Shown piece by piece: positions 32,801 through 41,744 of a DNA stretch of 64,000 nt; positions within the stretch are counted from its first letter, which is position 1; each line of letters begins with the position of its first letter. The notes beneath the pieces are model-generated. The model saw nothing but the letters and a program-made list of their open reading frames with translations. It did no database searches and was not told the DNA's origin. A program made the translations under genes and the position numbers. The stretch covers positions 16,118-80,117 of the forward strand of contig JAGHDO010000068.1 in assembly GCA_021159885.1 (NCBI GenBank), in the 5' to 3' direction. Source of the DNA: Synergistota bacterium (GTDB taxonomy: Bacteria; Synergistota; GBS-1).

Positions 32801-33363
32801 ACAGTACCATTGCCTTCTACCAATATCAAGAGCGCATCATATTCGCCATCACTATTCCAGTCATAAGCAACGATCGAGGGCCTGGTCAAAGAAATACCTC
32901 CATGGGGAAAATCAAATTTATCTTTAATTTCTCCTTCCTCGCTAAAATAAGCTATGCTAACATCGGTTCTATTCGAATCATCCATCCCCGCTAATACGAA
33001 TAGAGAGTCATCGGCATACACGGTGCTTCTGGAATATCCTTGTAGGAAAATAGACGCTGGATATTTCTTATAATTAGTAGCTTTCCACGGCAGAGAAATG
33101 GTGTTAACGGTAAAACTGCTATCCTTATATGGAAAACTCTTTTTATCGCGGGGATTTAGTATATGCAAGGTAACTGACCCGCTTTTAGGATCCAAAGTGG
33201 CGATGAATATCTCCTTATCCTCCGCTACGCTATATTTCCCAGCGTAGGGATCGTTCGAGGCAAGCCTATCAGCAAAAGATGTCCCGACGATAAGAAGCGC
33301 AAACAGGATTACGATTACGACTATCCCCATGCTCTTAACCGCTTTCTTCCAGACACAGGACAT
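29884..33363 (-). CDS. large secreted FG-GAP/beta-propeller-repeat surface protein with C-terminal sorting-signal-like anchor
   Basis: 1159 aa. Start GAGGTGA, 6 nt, ATG. Signal peptide MSCVWKKAVKSMGIVVIVILFALLIVGTSFA. Several DxDGDxxxEIAIV-type repeats (DVDGDSMPEVAIL, AGDYDNDGKDEIAIV, SGDIDGDGNEEIIIV). The C-terminus reads SGGGCS, hydrophobic helix, then RRHLL. Base composition is AT-richer than its neighbours. Confidence 0.7.
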   Translation of the reverse strand: MSCVWKKAVKSMGIVVIVILFALLIVGTSFADRLASNDPYAGKYSVAEDKEIFIATLDPKSGSVTLHILNPRDKKSFPYKDSSFTVNTISLPWKATNYKKYPASIFLQGYSRSTVYADDSLFVLAGMDDSNRTDVSIAYFSEEGEIKDKFDFPHGGISLTRPSIVAYDWNSDGEYDALLILVEGNGTVTLCDLSSLNSFVPDYDVLGIGEDWHGYAPLATLADVDGDSMPEVAILIPQGNNKNYKIVVLKCETQFDTDTLDFDKILSEETQLHPLDRPFFYGITAGDYDNDGKDEIAIVSLQWENTYFNPTHVEIYKVTDDNHLKKIFGKRIDESCDVNEDEFVGMAVKSGDIDGDGNEEIIIVNFYKDVVSGDLFVVSPQDSKVRHITMRLRDFQMFNMEVCDSAFGNITGEYTPTNPPYQKNALYVLLKFQSYDGSASKLGLLTCYFYNDALHYVLTDVTPDNFNPDALATMTIGDVDDDSLLLGPPTHIVMDKMITPLVVMQEPPKHLDYTQDDDGKYKVINCTRMSFLYTEFEDKDTQESAVTTKQKTYSSFARSEKVGEKGGVNLKVFKFQEGVKAKFTQSWYKTNETYQKELDETETGVEASTKTDDYVAFRCQEVDIWRYPIIGRQDDDGHQIFYQVVVPGPVETANVPGRNLEWYQPVHVNGILMSYPMDTSQIDDFDENNLLTQETSFTLGGDKFTWDVSWTDEVKNGNKSIFKKKNQKDLDISISLGGKIKKIFGVKVSGELRFKWDDSFTNTTINETDITKTSGFTIKVPVLNSEYSYEIHPFVYTTDTGLLKLSYVVKISQDTLNNWWLPRYGVAPDPALALPKFWKWVRLNKETEEDEWERNDAPDATQIRGMFFCDENGYPLGQVLYKDETKQVTIKCRVYNFAIYNTYADVTVKDLKVKFEYAKYDPVHQKETNRTTIGTVTVDEIPAFGDGKNWKFAEITWDISNVPDGLYKIHVTLDPDDEIKEIPKHDNEDEYSNNEGWFYVYVYTKPQTVVGIYSGEDLLKELDGKLEFSSPKVMIGERLDVFADIQNTSDQSVVDAFVNFYDEKPDGTKVIFDQEYIPGIEPHSYHPIRVSLIPDEPGVHKIVMKILGSTNQYAVVEKDLIVMRKSGGGCSFGSLELRWIGSFFLTLPVFLLILRRHLL

Positions 33364-33506
33364 TTTCGCTCACCTCTTTTATGGAATTGATAAAATAATA
33401 AATGAAGATGAGTCCAAATCGATGCCATAGGAGGATTTCCTCACCAATATTTTATCACAAGTCTTTATAGGTGTAATAGTTAAAAAGGAAAGGAGTGTTT
33501 TCAAAC

Positions 33507-34202
33507 ATGAAGGTTGTATTATTTGATGTAGATAATACGATGATTAAAAGCACAAAAGCTCATACAAGAGCTTTTATTGAAGGCTTATCCAATGTTTTCG
33601 GAATCGATTTTAAAGAAGAAGATTTCGAAAATGCAGGCCCTCCGGGCATGACGGATCTTGAAATAGCAATCGTGGCAGGTGAAAGAAGAGGAATATCACG
33701 AGAGGAAATTTTGAGAAAAATGAAAGAGATCTCGAACGCAATGGCTGAAAGCTTTGCTAAAAGTATCGAAAAGGGAGAATTGGAACTCCTTCCCGGCGTT
33801 AGAAATCTGCTTGAGGAGCTTAAAGCTCGCTCATTTACCCTCGGCGTCATGACAGGAAACTTCGAAAAGATAGCATGGATAAAGTTAAAGAGGGCAAAGA
33901 TAGATGGATTCTTCTCATTTGGAATCTTTGGTGGAGAAGCAGAAAACAAATCGATGATGGGAAAAGTAGCGATGAAAAAAATAAGAGGGCTCTTTGGCAA
34001 AGAGCCCTCTTTCATTTGCATAATAGGAGATACCCCAAGGGATGTAGAAGCCGGAAAGTTAATCGGTGCGAAGACAATCGCTGTAGCAACAGGAAGCGCA
34101 ACGGAAAGAGAACTTAAACAAGCGAAGCCAGATCTTCTTCTTAAAAACCTGGAAGATCACATTTTTATCCTAATCTGGATAGTTAAAGCCAGCGAGGCTT
34201 GA
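33507..34202 (+). CDS. HAD-superfamily hydrolase (phosphatase-like)
   Basis: MKVVLFDVDNTM (DxDxT motif I) and a later GDTPRD motif IV. GGAG lies 11 nt upstream of ATG 33507. The track GTG at 33495 is over-extended. Confidence 0.7.
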   Translation: MKVVLFDVDNTMIKSTKAHTRAFIEGLSNVFGIDFKEEDFENAGPPGMTDLEIAIVAGERRGISREEILRKMKEISNAMAESFAKSIEKGELELLPGVRNLLEELKARSFTLGVMTGNFEKIAWIKLKRAKIDGFFSFGIFGGEAENKSMMGKVAMKKIRGLFGKEPSFICIIGDTPRDVEAGKLIGAKTIAVATGSATERELKQAKPDLLLKNLEDHIFILIWIVKASEA

Positions 34203-35331
34203 GACCCGCCCAAGATCTTACCTTTTCGTAAGCTATTATTCTCGGTATATTAGGTTTATCGCTGGGACCGGGATTCTTCATGTAGAAGGCGTTTACCTCA
34301 TATACCGTTCCGGAAAGGCCTCTTTCGACGGCTATTTTACCAAGTCTGACCAGATCAACTATCAAGCCAGCAAGGGCAGGACTGTCATTTATTCTCGCAT
34401 TGACTATGAGCTCATCAACCGCTCCGTTAAAGCTAACATATTCCATATGAAGTGAAACAAACTTCTTATCTCCCAGAGATTCTATATAGCCAGTAGGCTT
34501 TATATAGTGAGGAGCATCGTAGCCGAGAATATCCTTAACTATGCTGGATTTGGTCTCCTCCTTGCTCTTGTTTCTATCCCTATCGGTTAGCGCGAGAAAA
34601 TCCATATTCCCACCTATATTAAACTGAGCAACATCTCTAACAAGCCTATTTCTTTGAGCCTGATGGGCAAGAAGATCAGCGGTAAGTGGAGTTGCTCCAG
34701 TAGCTCCATCATCTCCAAAAACGACGAGATTATGCTCCTCAGCAAGTTTAAGCATAATAGGATCATTGGCGAGAAGAGTGGGAATCGTATTTACGAAGGC
34801 ACATCCCCCACGCTCCTTAGCATAAAGACAAGCAGCATAGAAGTACGCTTGGGTTGCGGTTAACCTCTCTTTATCGCTTTTCTCTATTGCTTCGAGAAAC
34901 TCCTCCCTGCTCGAAAAAATCTTAAAAGACTCAGTCGTGCAGACGTTAACCAAGGCATCTACGCCGAGTTCCTTCCACTCATGGACGAGCTCCTCAATCG
35001 CTTCCCTAAGTGGTTTCTCATCCTCCCTACCACGCGCTTCGACCGGAAGATTCCTAAGGCTTCCTAAGTGTATCCCTCTCCTTATTCGAACGCCTCCTAA
35101 TGTCTCAAATATCTTCCCATTCCAGTACTTTTTAACCACATCTTGAAGCGTGAGTCCCACCTTGGAATCATCAACGTCATAGCTTCCCACTATCTCTATC
35201 TCTTCCACCCTGATGGGAAGCTCATCCCTAAGCGGAATCCCTGCATATCCGAGCTCACCTCTCTTTATCCTTTCAACCCCAACCGCAAATACGCTTCCAA
35301 CGAAACCTTGCCCCAAAATAGCTACCCTCAC
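34183..35331 (-). CDS. myo-inositol-1-phosphate synthase (archaeal/thermophile type)
   Basis: VRVAILGQGFVGS Rossmann N-terminus and NAD-binding/catalytic core. True start is GTG after AAGGAGGTGAT. The track start is 16 codons longer. Confidence 0.7.
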   Translation of the reverse strand: MRVAILGQGFVGSVFAVGVERIKRGELGYAGIPLRDELPIRVEEIEIVGSYDVDDSKVGLTLQDVVKKYWNGKIFETLGGVRIRRGIHLGSLRNLPVEARGREDEKPLREAIEELVHEWKELGVDALVNVCTTESFKIFSSREEFLEAIEKSDKERLTATQAYFYAACLYAKERGGCAFVNTIPTLLANDPIMLKLAEEHNLVVFGDDGATGATPLTADLLAHQAQRNRLVRDVAQFNIGGNMDFLALTDRDRNKSKEETKSSIVKDILGYDAPHYIKPTGYIESLGDKKFVSLHMEYVSFNGAVDELIVNARINDSPALAGLIVDLVRLGKIAVERGLSGTVYEVNAFYMKNPGPSDKPNIPRIIAYEKVRSWAGLKPRWL

Positions 35332-35338
35332 GAAAAGA

Positions 35339-36625
35339 TCACCTCCTTGAGAAGTTTTCTCTATTCCATCTCCAAACAAAACAGATGGTTAAAAGAACCC
35401 TTATATTCGTGAGAACCGCAAGAACCCAGAAAAGCTCCTCAAGGAGCCCAAAGGCGCAGAAAAGCATCGTCAAGAATATCCTCTCATCCCTCTTACCAGA
35501 AAGATATCTCAGCGGTTCTATCTCTTTGTAAGCATCTTTCCCATAAGCCCCCTTGAATCTTTCCGTGGAGTAGCTCACCATTACTGAGCCAAATATCGCG
35601 AGAGCGATAACGTGAAGATACGAGCTGGGAAGCCCATAAGCCAGAGCGAGAAGAAAGAAAAAATCAACAAACCTATCTAAGAGCGAATCGAGCCAGCCCC
35701 CAAATTTGCTCTCCCTTAGAGAAGCTCTCGCTATCTCTCCATCAACTCCATCAAGTATTGAGCTCAACTGGTATATTACCCCTCCCCATAGAGGAGAAAA
35801 GTATGCCACCAGAGCCGAAAACATGCCGATTAGGAATGAAATCCAAGTCATACCATCTGGTGTAATAAACTCACAAACCTTTTCTGAAACCCACGTCGAT
35901 ATCCTTCTATTTATCAGCCTTGAGATTACTCCATCTCCCACTCCCTTAACTGAATTTTTTATTATAGCCTTACGCAGTACTGAAAGCTCTTCCGGTGTAT
36001 CAGCATCCATCCAGAAGAAACCAGAAACTTCTGAAACTTTAACACGCGCTTCTTTCATGATCTCACTTAGCTCCACGCTTTCATGGCGTGAAACAAGCTC
36101 AGACGCTACCCTGAAAATATCATCGCTCAGAACAAAAAAGCCCGTATCAAGAGCATCGTAAACCTCAAGTTTCTTCCCTATGTCCACCACCCTACCATCT
36201 TTTATCCTTACCTTCGTAGCCTCCGCATGATCCACAAATCTGCCAATCCTATCAACTATGAGTCCCTCTCCACAAACTGCTCTTTCGATGAAATCTCTCT
36301 CATAAACGTGATCACTCATTATTAGAATGAACTTCCCATCAACGTAATCCTTAGCGAGATAAAGAGAATAACCGTTTCCCCTTTCGGGATAGTCATTAAG
36401 AACTACCCTTCCACTGAAACCATTCCTTTTCATAAACTTCTCATAAGCTTCCTTAAAAGCAGGAACCGTTATTACTACAAAATCATTAAAACCAAGATCT
36501 TTAAGATACCTCATCGTCCTATAAACGAGCTCTCTACCCGCTACTCTGATAAGCCCCTTGGGCATCCTTCCAGAAAGATCGCGCATTCGGGTAGCGAGAC
36601 CCGCAGCGAGAAGAACAACCTTCAT
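35339..36625 (-). CDS. bifunctional CTP:inositol-1-phosphate cytidylyltransferase / CDP-inositol:inositol-1-phosphate transferase (IPCT/DIPPS)
   Basis: N-terminal LLAAGLATRM nucleotidyltransferase domain and C-terminal CDP-alcohol phosphatidyltransferase motif DGVDGEIAR in a multi-TM region. True start is ATG after TGGAGGGG. Confidence 0.8.
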   Translation of the reverse strand: MKVVLLAAGLATRMRDLSGRMPKGLIRVAGRELVYRTMRYLKDLGFNDFVVITVPAFKEAYEKFMKRNGFSGRVVLNDYPERGNGYSLYLAKDYVDGKFILIMSDHVYERDFIERAVCGEGLIVDRIGRFVDHAEATKVRIKDGRVVDIGKKLEVYDALDTGFFVLSDDIFRVASELVSRHESVELSEIMKEARVKVSEVSGFFWMDADTPEELSVLRKAIIKNSVKGVGDGVISRLINRRISTWVSEKVCEFITPDGMTWISFLIGMFSALVAYFSPLWGGVIYQLSSILDGVDGEIARASLRESKFGGWLDSLLDRFVDFFFLLALAYGLPSSYLHVIALAIFGSVMVSYSTERFKGAYGKDAYKEIEPLRYLSGKRDERIFLTMLFCAFGLLEELFWVLAVLTNIRVLLTICFVWRWNRENFSRR

Positions 36626-36796
36626 GGCAATCCCCTCCAAAAAGACGCTAAAAGAGGGTGGTTCCTTAAAAAGCAAACGTTCCCGCCAAAGGGGAAGAAA
36701 AAAAGAGAGAAAATTTGGAGAGTGTAATCCGTACTTAATATAGCATTAGTGCTATTTAGATGTCAAGAGATACAAAAGCACCGTTTCATTAGAAGC

Positions 36797-36825
36797 TTGA
36801 CTTTGCGAAAGATTTTTGCTATCCT
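36797..36825 (+). promoter_or_regulatory. putative glpK promoter
   Basis: TTGACT, 17-nt spacer, TATCCT. A near-identical element sits upstream of glpF. Confidence 0.45.
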
Positions 36826-36869
36826 TTATTACAAAGACATATATTGACCTAAGTGGCGGAGAGTAGGTG

Positions 36870-36906
36870 AAAGCCACATCTCGCATGAGGTGTGGCTTTT
36901 CGTTTT
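36870..36906 (+). terminator. leader intrinsic terminator / attenuator upstream of glpK (candidate GlpP target)
   Basis: 13-bp stem AAAGCCACAUCUC / GAGGUGUGGCUUU (one U.G pair) with loop GCAU, then UCGUUUUGGGG. It lies about 120 nt upstream of the glpK ATG. Confidence 0.6.
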
Positions 36907-37001
36907 GGGGATTTAAGAGAAAATGTCAATGCGAAGGGAGGTGATATCAAGGAAAAAGGTTGCTTACCCTTGTGGGTAAGCGCTTTACGCAAAAACCTTA
37001 A

Positions 37002-38537
<1,536 letters not shown>

Positions 38538-38549
38538 TAACTTCAAACG

Positions 38550-40076
38550 ATGGATTCCGATAAGAGGGAAACCAAAAAGGTAGCAATAATAGGAGCGGGA
38601 ATAGTAGGAACGGCGATAGCGCGTCTATTAAGCCAATATGAAAATCTTGAAGTGCATATACTTGAGAAAAACGCTGATGTGGGATGGGGAGCAAGCAAGG
38701 CTAACACCGCTATAATACATCCCGGACATGAGGAGGACCCGGATAAACACCCTCTAAGAGCCAAACTCTGCGTTAGAGGAAACAGAATCTGGCACAGCTG
38801 GGTAAAAGAGCTCGATATCCCCGCGAAGTGGCCAGGCGAGCTCATGCTCGCTTTTTCCAAAGAAGATCTTGAAACCGCAGAGCACTATCTCGAGTTAGGA
38901 GAGAAAAATGGTGTTCCAGGCGTAAGACTTGTCTATGGGGAAGAGCTAAGAGGGCTTGAACCTAATGTAAGCCCGAATGCTGTTGGAGCCCTCTGGGCTC
39001 CAACAGCAGGGCAATTAGCACCATGGGAAGCTATTATAGCCTTAACGGAAAACGCCGTCTCTAACGGCGCAAAGCTTCACACTGAGACTGAGGTTAGGAG
39101 AATCAAAATAGAAAATGGAAAAGTAAAGGGAGTTGAGACGAACAATGGATTCATTGAAGCAGATATAGTGATAAACGCAGCAGGTCTTTATGCTGATCAA
39201 ATATCAAAATCCGCAGGCATAGATTTCGAGATCCACCCAAGAAAAGGAGAGTATTACCTCTTTGAGGAAGATGCCTTCCCAAAGGTAAATAGAATTGTTC
39301 ATCAAACCCCTACTCCAATAACTAAAGGGGTATATTTAGCCACTACAGTGGAGGGCAATCTTATGATCGGTCCCACAGCAGAGGATTTGCCCGTTGAAGC
39401 GAAAGAGGACACATCAACAAGCAAAAAGGGGTTGTCCTTCGTCTGGGAATGGGCACAAAAGCTGGTAGCAGAGCTACCATCCAAGGGAAGAGTTATGAAA
39501 ACATTCGCAGGTTTGAGACCAGAACCCCCTGATGGACACTGGATAATAGAAGCATATGATCGTCCATGGGGATTCGTAAATGCAGCGGGAATGAGATCTC
39601 CTGCACTTGCGTCAGCCCCAGCTATAGCAGAATATGTAGTTGAAGAGCTCTTAAGGAAAAAGCTTAAGCTGAACCTCAGGAAAAAGGAAAACTGGAACCC
39701 ATACAGAAAGGGAATAAGGCGTTTTAAGGAAGCCTCCGAGGAAGAAAAGGAAAAGCTCATAAGGGAAAATCCAAAGTATGGCAATGTGGTCTGTATGTGC
39801 AAGGAAGTTAGTGAAGCAGAGATAATAGAAGCTATAGAGAGAATGCAAAGGATTGGTATAAAAACCATAACCTTAGATGGCATAAAGTTCAGAACTACAT
39901 CTATGTTTGGCTGGTGCCAGGGATCGTTCTGCAGAATTCGAATAGCGAAAATAGTGTCAGAAAAACTCGGTATACCCCTATGGGATATAGCAATAAAGGA
40001 TCGAAAAGTTAGCTACGGACTCGGAAATGTAAAGACCTTCTTCGTAGATAGCAAAGGGGTTGAGAAAAATGCGTGA
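38550..40076 (+). CDS. glpA: FAD-dependent glycerol-3-phosphate dehydrogenase, GlpA-like with C-terminal BFD-like [2Fe-2S] domain
   Basis: VAIIGAGIVGTAIA dinucleotide-binding motif and the C-terminal CMCKEVSEAE...CQGSFC cysteine cluster. Confidence 0.75.
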   Translation: MDSDKRETKKVAIIGAGIVGTAIARLLSQYENLEVHILEKNADVGWGASKANTAIIHPGHEEDPDKHPLRAKLCVRGNRIWHSWVKELDIPAKWPGELMLAFSKEDLETAEHYLELGEKNGVPGVRLVYGEELRGLEPNVSPNAVGALWAPTAGQLAPWEAIIALTENAVSNGAKLHTETEVRRIKIENGKVKGVETNNGFIEADIVINAAGLYADQISKSAGIDFEIHPRKGEYYLFEEDAFPKVNRIVHQTPTPITKGVYLATTVEGNLMIGPTAEDLPVEAKEDTSTSKKGLSFVWEWAQKLVAELPSKGRVMKTFAGLRPEPPDGHWIIEAYDRPWGFVNAAGMRSPALASAPAIAEYVVEELLRKKLKLNLRKKENWNPYRKGIRRFKEASEEEKEKLIRENPKYGNVVCMCKEVSEAEIIEAIERMQRIGIKTITLDGIKFRTTSMFGWCQGSFCRIRIAKIVSEKLGIPLWDIAIKDRKVSYGLGNVKTFFVDSKGVEKNA

Positions 40077-41316
40077 TAGATACGACACCGTAGTAATTGG
40101 AGGCGGACCAGCAGGTCTTTCCGCCGCTATAAAGGCAAAAGAACACGGCTTAAGCGTTCTGCTCCTTGAAAACAGAGACCTTCTTGGCGGAATACCTCTT
40201 CAATGCGTTCATCCTGGCTTCGGACTCCACTATTTTAAGGAAGACCTAACGGGAACGGAGTTTATCTATCGATTTATAGAAAAGTTTGAAAAACTTGGGA
40301 TAGAAAGCTATACTAATGCTCATCTTGTGGAAATAGAGCTTGTATCCGATATAGAAAAAAGATTAAAAGTTATCACACCAAGGGGAGTTTTAAGCCTTCA
40401 GACAACAAGCCTGATCTACACAACCGGCGCCAGAGAGAGACATATTTTCGAAATCGGAATAACGGGAAATAGACCACCGGGAGTGTTCACCGCTGGAGAA
40501 GCACAAACGATGATGGATATATACGGAATCATGCCGGGCAAGGAAATCGTTATAGTAGGCTCAGGAGATGTCGGACTTATAATGGCAAGAAGATTTGCCT
40601 TAGAGGGAGCAGATGTCAAAGCGGTCATAGAAATAATGCCTTTCCCTGGCGGATTAACGAGAAATGTAGTTCAGTGCCTTCACGACTTTGATATCCCGCT
40701 TTACTTGAGCCACGCAGTCACAAGGGTTGAGGGAACGAAAAGGGTTGAGAAGATAATAGTCTGCGAGGTGGACGAAAATCTTCGCATAAAGGAAGGGACT
40801 GAAAAGGAAATATCTTGTGATACGGTAGTTGTCGCAGCGGGACTCGTCCCCTACATAAAGATCCTTGAGAAAATCGGCGTGCTGACAGATCCCGCAACTA
40901 AGGGACCTATAATAAACGAGCTTCTTGAAACCAGTATCCCTGGGACCTTCGTTGCAGGAAACGCCCTCGTTATAAACGATCTTGTAGATTATGTAGTAGA
41001 ACAGGGAGAAAAATCAGCAGATGGAGCCCGGGAGTTCGTTGAACGAGGGGGTATTCCTACAAAGAGATGGAAAAGAATGGTAAAGGGAAGAAACATAAGG
41101 CTATTGGTTCCTCACTACCTGAGCGGAGAGGAAGATGTCATGATCTACGCGAGAGTTTTAAAACCCGAGGAGAACGTCAAGGTAAGATTTCTCGAAATCG
41201 AAAAGGAGATAAAGCTTCCATTCGTGAAACCTGCTGAGATGCTGAGACTGAAGCTAAGAAAGGAAGACATAGCTAAGGCAAAAGATAAGATAACCATGGA
41301 GGTAGTTCAAGCATGA
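40060..41316 (+). CDS. FAD/NAD(P)-binding oxidoreductase, GlpB-like partner of GlpA (start probably MRDRYDTVVIGGGPAG)
   Basis: TVVIGGGPAGLSAAI and a second dinucleotide motif IVGSGDVGLIMA. Confidence 0.7.
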   Translation: MRKMRDRYDTVVIGGGPAGLSAAIKAKEHGLSVLLLENRDLLGGIPLQCVHPGFGLHYFKEDLTGTEFIYRFIEKFEKLGIESYTNAHLVEIELVSDIEKRLKVITPRGVLSLQTTSLIYTTGARERHIFEIGITGNRPPGVFTAGEAQTMMDIYGIMPGKEIVIVGSGDVGLIMARRFALEGADVKAVIEIMPFPGGLTRNVVQCLHDFDIPLYLSHAVTRVEGTKRVEKIIVCEVDENLRIKEGTEKEISCDTVVVAAGLVPYIKILEKIGVLTDPATKGPIINELLETSIPGTFVAGNALVINDLVDYVVEQGEKSADGAREFVERGGIPTKRWKRMVKGRNIRLLVPHYLSGEEDVMIYARVLKPEENVKVRFLEIEKEIKLPFVKPAEMLRLKLRKEDIAKAKDKITMEVVQA

Positions 41317-41690
41317 GCGAGATAAAGCGCCATAAGATAACCTGCATAGTTTGCCCACTCGGGTGCGAGATAGAAGTAAAGACCGAGGGAGATAAAATTC
41401 TTGAGATAAAGGGCTACAAATGTCCGCGAGGTAAAGAATATGCCATTCAAGAAATAACTGCTCCTAAAAGAATAGTAATGAGTGTAGTTAACGTAAAGGG
41501 AAGCTATTTCCCCACAGTCTCGGTTAAGACCAACAAGCCCGTTTTAAAGAAACTTATACCTCAAATCATGAAAGAGCTATCCCAGGTAGAACTTGAAGCT
41601 CCCATACCTATAGGAAAAGTTGTTCTTAAAAACGTTGCTGGCTCGGGCGCTGATATAGTCACAACAAGGCCCGCACCGAGGTCGCGCTAA
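41313..41690 (+). CDS. DUF1667-domain protein (small Cys-containing subunit of the GlpA-like trio)
   Basis: 125 aa with CIVCPLGCEI...CPRG cysteine motifs. Overlaps the preceding gene by 4 nt. Confidence 0.65.
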   Translation: MSEIKRHKITCIVCPLGCEIEVKTEGDKILEIKGYKCPRGKEYAIQEITAPKRIVMSVVNVKGSYFPTVSVKTNKPVLKKLIPQIMKELSQVELEAPIPIGKVVLKNVAGSGADIVTTRPAPRSR

Positions 41691-41701
41691 ATATAGAGAT
41701 T

Positions 41702-41744
41702 GGGCTCTATTCCCGCCTTTAGATAAAGGTGAGGAATAGAGCCC
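41702..41744. terminator. hairpin between the convergent glpKAB-DUF1667 and dhaM-glpP operons
   Basis: 12-bp stem GGGCTCTATTCC / GGAATAGAGCCC. It overlaps the glpP stop and is flanked by A/T-rich sequence. Confidence 0.5.

Noticed and set aside
29749-33363. Possible integrated mobile element or genomic island at tRNA-Ala.
   Set aside because: No integrase, recombinase, direct repeat of the tRNA 3' end, or phage/plasmid genes are visible. Only a compositional skew and a single cargo-like gene, so it is kept only as a low-interest finding.
36558-36743. 61-aa plus-strand ORF spanning the IPCT/DIPPS start and promoter region.
   Set aside because: It overlaps the true ATG and RBS of the minus-strand gene. 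It has no SD and an Arg-rich nonsense product.
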